A stretch of DNA of 64,000 bases from IMG/VR virus record IMGVR_UViG_3300001580_001418, positions 30,081 to 94,080 of that record. One strand, 5' to 3'. Source of the DNA: a virus (Duplodnaviria > Caudoviricetes). A program made the translations under genes and the position numbers. The notes beneath the pieces were generated by a model, which ran no database searches, was not told the DNA's origin, and was given only the letters and a program-made list of their open reading frames with translations. Shown here in pieces: positions 48,583 through 58,428 of this stretch; within the stretch, counting starts at the first letter, position 1; each line of letters starts with the position of its first letter.

Positions 48583-49428
48583 CTAAACCTTCCTAAGCTC
48601 TCCCTCTGTCGGCCACGCTATTCCTTCTGGCATCTTCACTTTGGACAGCTTTCCCATCGTATCGCTAACCTCTTTCTTACGGTTAAAGGCCATGATAAGA
48701 ATTTCATTCAGAACAGAATCGAGCGTAACCTTGTTTAGGACACATTCGTTTGCTATCATCTTCATGGTTGAAAATAACGGCTTGTCCATCCTTATCCAAA
48801 GGTTTTCCTTCCCACCAAAATCGAAGACCATAAACGCATAGGGCAGGGTCGAACCATACTCAGTGAACAATCTATTCAAAATCGTTGACAGGTCTTCCAT
48901 CGTCTTGATTTGGTCTTTCACCTGATCAAACCTTTCTTTCAGGTCCTTGCTTGGCAACCCCTGCTTCACCTTCAACAGCATCCTGTCCCATTCGGCCTGG
49001 TTGAGAAAGCCCATCGACTCTTTAAGAATTTCCTCGCTATACTTTTCAGAGAGGCTCATGTACATATCCACAAACTTCTTCGCGTCGATCTTGCCATGAA
49101 TCATGTTGAGCCGCATCGTCTGAAACTTTGCGAGATCTTCGTCGATCTGACCTTCCTCATAGACTACCGCACCAATCATCTTCTCTCCTGTCAGCCTTGC
49201 TGCCTTCCATCGATGCTCACCACCAACAATCATGTACGTTCCATCACTCTTCTTCACCACCGTGATCGGCACGGCGCCAGGCAACGACTGATAGTTCTGC
49301 ACCAAGAGATTAAACTCTTTCTCATCCATGACATTGGGATTCCATGCATTCGGCACCACCCTTTCAATTGGAATCTCCATCATCTTCCCTCTAATCTTTC
49401 CGTCTTCTTTAGCCTCGGCTCTTTTCAT
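48583..49428 (-). CDS. ParB/Srx-like nuclease-domain protein
   Basis: IPIERVVPNAWNPNVM...PITV...YMIVGGEHRWKAA. Confidence 0.85.
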   Translation of the reverse strand: MKRAEAKEDGKIRGKMMEIPIERVVPNAWNPNVMDEKEFNLLVQNYQSLPGAVPITVVKKSDGTYMIVGGEHRWKAARLTGEKMIGAVVYEEGQIDEDLAKFQTMRLNMIHGKIDAKKFVDMYMSLSEKYSEEILKESMGFLNQAEWDRMLLKVKQGLPSKDLKERFDQVKDQIKTMEDLSTILNRLFTEYGSTLPYAFMVFDFGGKENLWIRMDKPLFSTMKMIANECVLNKVTLDSVLNEILIMAFNRKKEVSDTMGKLSKVKMPEGIAWPTEGELRKV

Positions 49429-50830
49429 AAAGCACCTCTCCCGACTCAACGTCGTATTTGAAATCAAAACCAAGAACCCTGTGCAGACCAAAATGGATTT
49501 GGTAATCACTCGAATACCTCAAGGCATTTACCCTTGCCCTTCTTTGCTTACGAAAAATCCGCCCCTTTTCGGCCATAATTGCCTTCAAACCATTCAGGGT
49601 GAAGCTATCGCCCAACTGCTCGATGCATTCCTTCATTAAACCGATTGTCGGACTCCCGGGCCTCTTGGCAGAATCAGTTTCTTCAACTGCCAGCTCCCTA
49701 AACTGTCCATACATCTGTCCAGCCTGGTACTTCGTATCAATAATCGACCTTATCCCTTCGAGCACGGTCACCCTTTCATCATAGTGCCGATACAGGTCAG
49801 CAAGCATCCCCGCTGCCTCTGTCATGTTATTGAAAAAATAAGGATAGTCCTTCGGGATTTGCGACAAGCTCCATGGCCTTCTCCGGAACAAACCTATCAG
49901 CCCAATATACATCTGCTCCCAAAACCCAACTGGAAATCCTTCCCTGTCACTGTTTGCCACAAATACGTGCGCCCTCGATGCCAACTCAAGATACTGTTCC
50001 CTATTCATGTCGCAATACAACTCAATCTTCCGGTTCCGGTCGAACTTCTCTCCACCAATATACCGTTTCGCAAGCATATCCGGCGTGCTGGTACAGATAA
50101 CGATCTTCACGTTCATTCCCATCGAGTACAGTCTATCGTAAAGCTCCACCACTTCATCGGCCTTCTTGACCGCATTCACTCTAGCTCCAAAGAACATCGT
50201 GAACACAGAATTCTTGGGCCTTCCAGCATACTTTTTGAGAATATCGGTAGGGACGCCCACGGCAGCAACTACACTTCTTTCATCGATCCTTTTCGCTTCA
50301 GACGGGGACATCCACTTCATCGCATACTCAATCGCAACCATCTTCTCATTCATCGTTAAAAAGATCGTCCTTGCGAGCGAATAGCCAAACACACAGAGCC
50401 TCGAAATAACCACCGACCCCTCAACCCGGGCGAACTTATCTTCAACGCCCGGCTCAAAGCATACCGTTGGGATCCCCCCTTCTCCAATGTCGCACAGAAG
50501 GGCACTCATGTACGGAATCACTGCTGGAGACGACGTCATCAACACATCGGAGAAATACTTTCCACCGCGCCGATTGAATAAGTCATAGAGCTTCGGGTCG
50601 AAATCAGCGAGACCGTTGTAAAACGAATCTACCTTGTGGACTCTTACATACTGGACATGGTCAATCGGCTCTAACTCCTTATCCGTGCTCCAATGAGGAA
50701 CAAGCATATAGACGTAATCGCCCATCGACGCAAAAACTTTCGCCATGTCTGTATAAAGGATAAAATTGCTTTCCCCTCTCAGATTTTTCTTTCCAGTATG
50801 GGGTTGCAATAACCAGATCAGCCTTGTCAT
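49409..50830 (-). CDS. GT-B (GT4-like) glycosyltransferase
   Basis: FGARVNAVKK...REQYLELASRAHVFVANSDREGFPVGFWEQ. Confidence 0.8.
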   Translation of the reverse strand: MTRLIWLLQPHTGKKNLRGESNFILYTDMAKVFASMGDYVYMLVPHWSTDKELEPIDHVQYVRVHKVDSFYNGLADFDPKLYDLFNRRGGKYFSDVLMTSSPAVIPYMSALLCDIGEGGIPTVCFEPGVEDKFARVEGSVVISRLCVFGYSLARTIFLTMNEKMVAIEYAMKWMSPSEAKRIDERSVVAAVGVPTDILKKYAGRPKNSVFTMFFGARVNAVKKADEVVELYDRLYSMGMNVKIVICTSTPDMLAKRYIGGEKFDRNRKIELYCDMNREQYLELASRAHVFVANSDREGFPVGFWEQMYIGLIGLFRRRPWSLSQIPKDYPYFFNNMTEAAGMLADLYRHYDERVTVLEGIRSIIDTKYQAGQMYGQFRELAVEETDSAKRPGSPTIGLMKECIEQLGDSFTLNGLKAIMAEKGRIFRKQRRARVNALRYSSDYQIHFGLHRVLGFDFKYDVESGEVLYEKSRG

Positions 50831-51279
50831 TTCTTATGCTCCAACATCTTGAACCCGCTTTCCTCGATGGCCTCAAACAGTGTCTTATCATCAGCGCCTA
50901 CAAAATATGGCAAGAACACTTCTTCGGCCTTCACCATTCCTGTCCTTACATATGCTAACTGAGCCTCAATCCATCGATACGTCTGTCGCCACGCAATTTT
51001 CTTGGCTTTTCTAATATCGTCCTCGCTTGGCCCCCTCTCCCGGACCCTTCTTTCCCTCAGTCGATCCAGAACCGCCTTCCACTTACAGGGCACTCGAAAG
51101 GGCAAGCGTAGCTTCGTCGCCGGAAGTTCAAGTTCAAAGAACACCTGCTCAACCTCACCATTCTCATATTCAAGATGGATGCTCTTTGCACCATACTTAC
51201 CAAGCACCTTTTGAATATCACCGACGGTCTGCTCGGCACTCTTCCTGGACTTTTCCATCCAAAGCCGTTCCATCATCCT
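50827..51279 (-). CDS. Conserved phage hypothetical protein
   Basis: DIQKVLGKYGA...AWRQTYRWIEAQLA...EEVFLPY. Confidence 0.6.
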   Translation of the reverse strand, partial: RMMERLWMEKSRKSAEQTVGDIQKVLGKYGAKSIHLEYENGEVEQVFFELELPATKLRLPFRVPCKWKAVLDRLRERRVRERGPSEDDIRKAKKIAWRQTYRWIEAQLAYVRTGMVKAEEVFLPYFVGADDKTLFEAIEESGFKMLEHKK

Positions 51280-51545
51280 TCCCCTTTCCTCTTCTTTTCC
51301 CTCTTCGTCCATCCACGATTGAAAATAACGATGGTGCTATCCTTCGCTGTGCTGCATGTGCCAAGCCTTCAATCTCTATCAAATTCATTCCGTAAGGAAA
51401 CTCCCTGTCTTTATGGCTTTCAAAGAAAGCAATCGCTTCTCGAATCAATGCGTCCCACTTTGGGTTCTTCTCGACATGCCCCAAACTAATATCCGCATTA
51501 AAATCTTCCCGAACTGCGTAGTACAAGGCTTCCCTGAACCTCTTC

Positions 51546-51851
51546 TCATCCATGGAACTTCACCACCATATCAACCACTTCTATCTTCAGCTCGTTCCTC
51601 TCAACAGCATCGTGGCAGATCGTACAGAGCGTTAGCACGTTCCCGGGCTCATCTCCGCCCAACTGCGACCGCTTCTTCAAATGATGGGGAGTTAAATTTC
51701 TCATCGAGCCACAAAACGGATTCCTACACTTCCACTTATCCCTTCGGAATATCCCCTCGATGAAATCCTTATAATCATCTCCCCTGAGCCTCTCTCTATG
51801 TGGTTTGAGCAAGGATTTCTCCCGTTCCTGCATCGATGACCTCCCCGACAA
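51546..51851 (-). CDS. HNH endonuclease
   Basis: RDKWKCRNPFCG...LTPHH..KRSQLG.D...NVLTLCTICH. Confidence 0.85.
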   Translation of the reverse strand: MSGRSSMQEREKSLLKPHRERLRGDDYKDFIEGIFRRDKWKCRNPFCGSMRNLTPHHLKKRSQLGGDEPGNVLTLCTICHDAVERNELKIEVVDMVVKFHG

Positions 51852-52719
51852 AATTTACTTTCATAATCACTCCAATCTTATTAAGCAATCCAACCACCAC
51901 CTTTTGCTTCGACCCACCGTCATCGCTTTCATACGTTGCCCTGAACTCCGCACAAATCATCTCGAGCTGATACGATCTGCTATCAGAACCCGTCAGTCTT
52001 CTGGAAATCTCAAGAGCACGCTCCACATTCTCCACCTGTTCCTCGTAAAGCCTGAAAGCAATCACTTGCGGGACCTTATCCGCTTCTTCCTTCGTGATCT
52101 TTCCAAGCGCAAACTTCACCATGCTATTCAAGACCTGGACGCTCACCTTCTTTTCCTTCGCCATACCGAGCCAATAGCTTACGTTCTGAGCATTCACGAT
52201 CGGGAGCAATTCCTTCAGCTTCGTCCATCCGATCCCCTTCCTCTCCGCCTCTTCCACGTCCAGGGGAGAAAACTTCGCGTAAATATCTTTCAGATACGTC
52301 GCCGTTCTCCACTTTATATCGAGCACACCGTTGCAGAACTCCCGCCAATCATGGTAGCCGGCGTCCACGTAATACTGCTTAGCGAAAATGACGTACAGGA
52401 CTTCTCCCAACTCCCAAAACTTACCTTCAATATCATCCTTGATGAACATGGCCTTGGCGATTAGCTGGCTTGCTTCTTCAGGATCCTTCTTCCGCTCAAC
52501 CTCGGGCTCGCAAGGCGAAACAATAACCCCATCAATCACAACACCTTCCTCTGACGTAGGAACGGGCATCTTATTCGCTCTTGCCTTTGCCGCATTTAGC
52601 TCGGCCTCGGGAACCTCTTTCAGTTCACTACACTCCTCACGGGACTCACACACCGTAAGACATACCTCAAGTGAAACCTTCCTTTCCCCTCTCGCTGGAC
52701 ACATCACATAACCCGACAT
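51796..52719 (-). CDS. Phage DNA-binding hypothetical protein
   Basis: FWELGEVL...Y..AGY.DWREFC...L.IK.RTA..L..IY helical motif. Confidence 0.55.
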   Translation of the reverse strand: MSGYVMCPARGERKVSLEVCLTVCESREECSELKEVPEAELNAAKARANKMPVPTSEEGVVIDGVIVSPCEPEVERKKDPEEASQLIAKAMFIKDDIEGKFWELGEVLYVIFAKQYYVDAGYHDWREFCNGVLDIKWRTATYLKDIYAKFSPLDVEEAERKGIGWTKLKELLPIVNAQNVSYWLGMAKEKKVSVQVLNSMVKFALGKITKEEADKVPQVIAFRLYEEQVENVERALEISRRLTGSDSRSYQLEMICAEFRATYESDDGGSKQKVVVGLLNKIGVIMKVNFVGEVIDAGTGEILAQTT

Positions 52720-52739
52720 TTGCCACCTCCATTTTCAGA

Positions 52740-53177
52740 TTAGATTTCCTTAACCTCTATCCCATGTACCGCAAGCATTAGCTTCTTTTTGAGAACGTAG
52801 TCCCTCGTCTTCTTCCCCTTCACATCCTCAACAACCATGGTGCCCCCCTTAATATCTCCGATGGCATTAAATTCTGATGCCAAATATTTAAAATCAGCGA
52901 CATACTTACATATCTTCTTACCCTTAACCTCTAACAGAAACCTCGGATGAACAATCAGGCCACAAATGGCCCCCAACTTCTGCATCATCAGGAGCTGCAA
53001 ATACCTATTCGCCTCTTTTTTACTATCGAACGTGTAGCCATCCAGTCGAATCTTCTGGTTCATATACTTCGAAAGCACGGCTCCACAAACTATGCACCGC
53101 CTAGCTCTAATCTCATTCGCAACACCGCATTTCGAACACTTCCTACCGACACCCATGCTTCGAACCACTATTGCCAC
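52740..53177 (-). CDS. DUF1064-family nuclease with N-terminal zinc ribbon
   Basis: SKY.NQK...DG.TFDSKKEA.RY...YVADF.Y...VVEDVKG..T..Y.LKKKLM. Confidence 0.85.
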   Translation of the reverse strand: MAIVVRSMGVGRKCSKCGVANEIRARRCIVCGAVLSKYMNQKIRLDGYTFDSKKEANRYLQLLMMQKLGAICGLIVHPRFLLEVKGKKICKYVADFKYLASEFNAIGDIKGGTMVVEDVKGKKTRDYVLKKKLMLAVHGIEVKEI

Positions 53178-53807
53178 TTAATCACCCCCTAACTGCACCC
53201 TAAATTTTTCTGCATTCGCAATCACAAGGTTTACGTACTTATCTGGTTTTTTACTTACAAATCCGCCATACACCGTAAGCACCTTTTTCATGTCACCATA
53301 CTGCTTTAACAGGTCTCCGAGATACCTTACGCCAATCCTTACGTTCAAAGCAGGACTATGCTTCGTACTCTGTCCCCTAAGCGAATCTGTTGAAACATAG
53401 TGGTTCCAAGTCGCTGGCATCACTTGCATCAGACCCCTGGCTCCTTCGGAGCTAACAGCATTCGGGTTGAACTCAGACTCTACAGTCATAACGCCAAGAA
53501 CCACATGGATCGGCACCTTGCTTGACCTTGCCTCATCTATCACTACGTCGGCCACCTCCAGTGCCTGCCCTACCGTCATGGGCTTATTTCTCAAGATCTC
53601 CAACAGGGCGTACCGGCACTCAAGCTCTACCAAATGGTGCCTTACCACTCCATAGCTGGCTCTGATCAAATCGATTTCAATCTTGCTCACCCACGGGAGA
53701 AACAGGACGAACGCCGTCAACAAAATCCCAAGCCCATGAATGATAAATCCTCTTTTCTTGATCTTCCTAACCACCCTTTGATGCGTCTCCAATAAAATGA
53801 TCGACAT
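53178..53807 (-). CDS. Membrane-anchored lytic transglycosylase (SLT)
   Basis: N-terminal TM; VMTVESEFNPNAVSSEGARGLMQVMPAT...NVRIGVRYL. Confidence 0.88.
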   Translation of the reverse strand: MSIILLETHQRVVRKIKKRGFIIHGLGILLTAFVLFLPWVSKIEIDLIRASYGVVRHHLVELECRYALLEILRNKPMTVGQALEVADVVIDEARSSKVPIHVVLGVMTVESEFNPNAVSSEGARGLMQVMPATWNHYVSTDSLRGQSTKHSPALNVRIGVRYLGDLLKQYGDMKKVLTVYGGFVSKKPDKYVNLVIANAEKFRVQLGGD

Positions 53808-54043
53808 CTCACACCTCCTCGCTTTTTTCTTTCATAAGCTCAGCCAGTCGCCTTCGAGTAGCTTCTCCGAACAAATGCTCAACGTGAATCTCCCACTTCC
53901 GTTTTGAGGCTTCGGCTACGGCATCGCCTACGGTTGAAAATGTAAGCTTTTCGGCTTTCGGTCCTACCAGCAACACCTTTGCATCAATGGTCTCAATCAA
54001 CATGGCTTTCGGACCACCATTCAGCAACGCATAATGCATAAAA

Positions 54044-54706
54044 TCAACCTCCCTTCCTTCGATAATCGTCACCATCAAGATACAGAACCCTGCATATCCC
54101 AAACAGCCGAGACACTATAGCGTCATCAAGCCTCTCCTTCGCAAGCGTCTCCGGATCGTAATTCGATGTGACCGACGTCCGCAGGCCCAATATCTCTCTA
54201 CGGTCAAAGATCATAAACAGCTTCTCCTGAACCGTTTCGGACGGCTTTTCCTTGCCCAAATCATCAATCACCAAATATTCAATCTCGCAGCAATTCTCTA
54301 AGATCTGGAGCTTTTCTCCAGACATGAGATCTTCGCGAACCTTCTTCAAAAGCCACGGTGCAGAAAAGAACGCTACCGAAACCCCTTGCGTCATGGCCGC
54401 ATTAACGCTTGCAGCAAGCAGGTGCGTCTTTCCTCTTCCGGGCAACCCAATCAGAAAAAAAGACCCATCCTTCATCACTTCGTCTCTGGCCTTCTTCTGT
54501 TTTGGTGTTTTGGGATGATAATTCTCGAAGGTCTTCTCCCGTAGGCTTCCCACCAGCCCACTTTGCTCCATCAGCCCTTCCATCTTTCTCTTCAAGACCT
54601 CTTCCTTCAGGCACACACACTGCTTCACCATATTCGTGCCAAGAACAGACACCCATCCGGTCCCGTCGCACTCACACTTCTTTTTCGTATTTGCTGAAGT
54701 CGCCAA
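54044..54706 (-). CDS. DnaC/IstB-like ATPase (helicase loader)
   Basis: TFENY, GLPGRGKTHL, LVIDDLGKE, VTSN, IVSRL. Confidence 0.92.
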   Translation of the reverse strand: MATSANTKKKCECDGTGWVSVLGTNMVKQCVCLKEEVLKRKMEGLMEQSGLVGSLREKTFENYHPKTPKQKKARDEVMKDGSFFLIGLPGRGKTHLLAASVNAAMTQGVSVAFFSAPWLLKKVREDLMSGEKLQILENCCEIEYLVIDDLGKEKPSETVQEKLFMIFDRREILGLRTSVTSNYDPETLAKERLDDAIVSRLFGICRVLYLDGDDYRRKGG

Positions 54707-55598
54707 CGCCTATCGGCCTCCTTTCCTTCGTCATTACCAATCGGTTAACCATCGTTTTGAAAACTCCAATCGTATAGCCAGCCTTCTTTACAAAAGCATC
54801 TTCCTCTTTCAAAAACCTTAGCGCCAACCCCTTCAGTTCGGAGAGTGAAAAAACCCTCAACATCTCACCAACAAGCTTGTAATCCTTGCCACCCCGAAGA
54901 TAGGGACTTTTCTTCAATTCCTGATACGTCTTGCAATACCAGTCCACAAACTCCTTCGTACCGCTCTGACCATCTGTCTTTTTTGTGCAAAAAAACTGCT
55001 GAACCTTTTCCGTCACGCTTGCAGTCAAATGTTTTACCGTCCCATTCGGGACCGCAGACCCACCAAACAACGGAAACTTTCTATTGACGAAGGCATCAAA
55101 CTGCGGGACAAATTCGGGGATGCCAAATGCGGATAACTCGATGCCCTGTGGCTGGAACTTATTCAACAGCAAAACAAAAACTGCCTTATCGTGTTCATTT
55201 AGCTTCGGGAATGACGCATAGAACTTTTCCTCTAACTGTGCTCCCTTCCGGCTATACTTATCCTGGTAGTGGTGAAAATTCGCATTCCAAAGATACTCTT
55301 TGCCGTTCAGGGTGCATGACTTTACCAGTTCGGAAGCAAGCAAGGTTTCTTTCTCTTGCCGCCATAGTGTTACCTTATCCGTCGCTCCATTAAATTCCTG
55401 ACTTTGATAAATCGCACCGATAATCTCGATTTCGGTCAAGGGCGTTAATCCCTTCGACACAAGGCCTGGGAATGTTTCATGGTCAGACAGGCAATAAAGT
55501 TTCCACCATCTCCACCTTAGCCCATCGCCTTTTAACCTCTGTAGGCGCTCGCCATGAAAACCTTTTTTGAGAAACTTAATATAAGCTTCTCCAGCCAC
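54672..55598 (-). CDS. Putative phage replication initiator
   Basis: Directly upstream of and overlapping the DnaC-like gene; N-terminal YIKF..WWKLYCL..G..NFHHYQ pattern. Confidence 0.6.
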   Translation of the reverse strand: MAGEAYIKFLKKGFHGERLQRLKGDGLRWRWWKLYCLSDHETFPGLVSKGLTPLTEIEIIGAIYQSQEFNGATDKVTLWRQEKETLLASELVKSCTLNGKEYLWNANFHHYQDKYSRKGAQLEEKFYASFPKLNEHDKAVFVLLLNKFQPQGIELSAFGIPEFVPQFDAFVNRKFPLFGGSAVPNGTVKHLTASVTEKVQQFFCTKKTDGQSGTKEFVDWYCKTYQELKKSPYLRGGKDYKLVGEMLRVFSLSELKGLALRFLKEEDAFVKKAGYTIGVFKTMVNRLVMTKERRPIGVGDFSKYEKEV

Positions 55599-55637
55599 CT
55601 AACACCCCCAATTTCCCATATCTTAGACCCCGTCTAA

Positions 55638-55651
55638 TTCACAATTGCGTA
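55638..55651. promoter_or_regulatory. Type-A operator-like site TTCACAATTGCGTA
   Basis: Intergenic before the initiator gene; identical to the 26223-26236 copy. Confidence 0.6.
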
Positions 55652-55671
55652 TCTAAAAGACAAAAAAATTC

Positions 55672-56049
55672 CTAAAAGGGGACATCATCGTCGGGGCCGG
55701 GGGATTCGCTTTCCCCGCGTTCCTTCTTCTTGGTTAAAAAATGGACTTTATCAGCGATGATTTCGGTTACCTTCTTCTTCTCTCCATCCTTTTCATACTC
55801 TCGGCTCCTCAGCTTCCCTACGACAAGAACACCATCCCCTTTGCCAAGGTATTGACCGCACGTCTCCGCAAGGTTTGAAAAGCAAACCACGCGAACCCAT
55901 TCCAATCTCGATTCTTCTTCCCCATCCTTCTTCCACTTTTCCGACATCGCCAAACTGAATGAAGCTATTGCCATCCCTGTCTGCAGGTGCTTTACCTCAG
56001 GGGCATTCCCCACGTTCCCGCCCAAAACAACAAGATTGATTCCTCTCAT
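55672..56049 (-). CDS. ssb: Single-stranded DNA-binding protein
   Basis: NLVVLGGNVG..PE...W.RVVCF..LAE....YL.KGD.V.V.GKL..R.YE...DDDVPF. Confidence 0.95.
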   Translation of the reverse strand: MRGINLVVLGGNVGNAPEVKHLQTGMAIASFSLAMSEKWKKDGEEESRLEWVRVVCFSNLAETCGQYLGKGDGVLVVGKLRSREYEKDGEKKKVTEIIADKVHFLTKKKERGESESPGPDDDVPF

Positions 56050-56061
56050 TTCGCTCTCCTT

Positions 56062-58428
56062 CTAAGCGTACTCTTCGCCCACTGTTACTGACGTTCCCTT
56101 GCCACCATTCTTTTCAAAAACCAGCCTCGTAGGAAAAACATCCATTGCTCTTTCCACATGCGTTATCACACCCATGAACTCGAACCGCTTCCTTAATTCC
56201 CTCATCGCCTCTTTCATATCTTCCACGCCCTCAACATCGAGGGGGCCAAATGGTTCGTCAGCCAGCAAGCTATCAATACTGACCCCTCTTCTGTGGGCAA
56301 ACACTTCACCAATCGCAAGCCTCAAGGCAATCGCCGCTCTTAACTTCTCACCACCCGACAGAAACTTATATTCCTTTCCCCCCTCATCATCCTCAAAGAC
56401 CAAATGGATTTCATCTTTGACTTTCTTCGTCGTCTTCGTCATCTTGTCGGTCTTTATCGTCACCCTTAATCCCTTCGAACTTATCATCGACAGAATCTCA
56501 TTTGCCGTATTCTCCACGGCACCAATCCCTCTCGACACCAGCATGTACGGGATCTGCTTAAATGCTTCCTCAAGCATTTGATAAAGTGCCCTCTTCACGC
56601 TTAGTTCTTCGGTCTCTTTATCGTCGGCCACGATCTGCACCCTCAATGTCTCCATCTGAGCCAGCGCAGCTTCGATAAATCCAATCTTCTTTGTCAGCTC
56701 GTCCCTTCTTGCTACTGCTTCTTCAATTTGTTTGCAAATCGATTGCAACTCCCTCTCGGGCTCAGCCCTGGAAACGAGCGATTTATTTAACTTTTCGATT
56801 TCCTTCTTGCCTCGCTCAATCTCCTTTAGGATTTCACTGCATCGTACCGATAGGTTCTTCTCTTCTTCTATCAGTTTTGGTAATTCCCCTTCGGCAAGAC
56901 TCACCTCGGGCAAGAGCTTCGTGTATTTCTTAATGTCCTCAAGGGATGATTTCTTCCCGGCAATAAGAGCTTCCTTCCCCTGGCGTTCCCTGACTACTAC
57001 AGCAACCTTCTCCTTAAACCCTTCAAGCTCTTTCTCTAATTGTTTCCTCAGCATCCCTATGCGCTCATCAAACACTCTTTTCTTCTCATTAAAGGCAACC
57101 AGCCTTAGATCGGCATTAGCTATTGCCTTCTCCGAACGCTCCTTCTCTTCCTTAATTTCATTCTCCAGTTCGGGGATCCTTCGTTTTGCTACGACTGCAT
57201 CTTTGATAAACCGGCACGTCTCGTTCACATAGGCAGGGTCAAAATCGGGATGGCATTGGACACCTTTCAGCTTATCAGCGTCAAGGCACATCTGCTTCAA
57301 CTGCTCTTCCTTGCGTCCGATCTTCGCAAGTTCCTTATTCGCTTCGCCAAGCTCGCGTCTCGCTACTTCTACGTCACCATCGACACTTTTCCTTTCAGCT
57401 TCGATCCTCTCAACCTCGGCCTGGTTCTGTTTTCTTAATGTAGCCTCTTCATCTCTAATCTCATCGGCCTTTTTGATTAAAGCCTTAACTTCAACCTCTA
57501 TCTGCTCAATTTCACGATTGACTGCTTTCTCTTCCTCAACCTTTTGATACACAACATCCTTATTTTTCACAATCTTCGTGTATCGGTCTATCTTCCCAAT
57601 GATGCTACTGTGCTGATCTCCTATCGTTTTTAAATCCTTATCAGCCTGAGCCTGATACGTTTTGGCCTTTTCAACCTCTCTCACCATCGCATCAAAAGCC
57701 CCAAGCTTCTTCTGTAGGTCCGACTTTTTCTTTTCCATTCCACCAACGCCTACAGACTCTTTCTCCAATTGCTTTTTGAGACCATCCATCTGCTTTGCGT
57801 TCTCTGCAATCTCCCAAACCCTTTGCTGATTTACGCTGCATCTCTCTTCGAGCATCTTTATTCTTTCCTTCTTCTCGCTAACCACATCTCTTGCCATCTG
57901 CTCAAATTCCTCATACATCTCTAAATCCCAAATCTTCGAAAAGAGCTCCATCCTTTCGGACGGTGAAGCTTTACAGAAGAAATCTGCCTCCCCCTGCTCA
58001 ATGATGCTCGACCTGACCAGCGTGTCGAAATCAGTTCCGATCGTCTTCCTTATCAGAGACCCCGTCTCTCCAATCGAGCCACCCGTCAGCATCCGCACCA
58101 CATTGCCGCCCTTATCAATTTGATAAAATTCAAGGGCAGACGACCCACGTGCAGTCTTTTTACTTCTCTTGCGAACAACTCGGAATAACTCTTCGCCAAG
58201 GGCAAAATCGAACTCCACGGTCATCATGTCTTTCCCATTCCGTATATAACCGTCCATGTCGCCACTTCTTCCTTGCCCAAACAGGGCAACGAGTGGGGCA
58301 TCGACCATCAGGCTTGACTTCCCCACACCGTTTGGGCCGACAACAACGACCGCATCGTAACCTTCAAACTTTACCTCAGTCTCTACGTGGCTAAGAAAAT
58401 CCACAGCCTTAATCCGTACGAACCGCAT
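56062..58428 (-). CDS. SbcC/Rad50-like SMC ATPase
   Basis: GPNGVGKSS, long coiled coils, LSGGE signature, LLADEPFGPLD, VITH. Confidence 0.93.
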   Translation of the reverse strand: MRFVRIKAVDFLSHVETEVKFEGYDAVVVVGPNGVGKSSLMVDAPLVALFGQGRSGDMDGYIRNGKDMMTVEFDFALGEELFRVVRKRSKKTARGSSALEFYQIDKGGNVVRMLTGGSIGETGSLIRKTIGTDFDTLVRSSIIEQGEADFFCKASPSERMELFSKIWDLEMYEEFEQMARDVVSEKKERIKMLEERCSVNQQRVWEIAENAKQMDGLKKQLEKESVGVGGMEKKKSDLQKKLGAFDAMVREVEKAKTYQAQADKDLKTIGDQHSSIIGKIDRYTKIVKNKDVVYQKVEEEKAVNREIEQIEVEVKALIKKADEIRDEEATLRKQNQAEVERIEAERKSVDGDVEVARRELGEANKELAKIGRKEEQLKQMCLDADKLKGVQCHPDFDPAYVNETCRFIKDAVVAKRRIPELENEIKEEKERSEKAIANADLRLVAFNEKKRVFDERIGMLRKQLEKELEGFKEKVAVVVRERQGKEALIAGKKSSLEDIKKYTKLLPEVSLAEGELPKLIEEEKNLSVRCSEILKEIERGKKEIEKLNKSLVSRAEPERELQSICKQIEEAVARRDELTKKIGFIEAALAQMETLRVQIVADDKETEELSVKRALYQMLEEAFKQIPYMLVSRGIGAVENTANEILSMISSKGLRVTIKTDKMTKTTKKVKDEIHLVFEDDEGGKEYKFLSGGEKLRAAIALRLAIGEVFAHRRGVSIDSLLADEPFGPLDVEGVEDMKEAMRELRKRFEFMGVITHVERAMDVFPTRLVFEKNGGKGTSVTVGEEYA

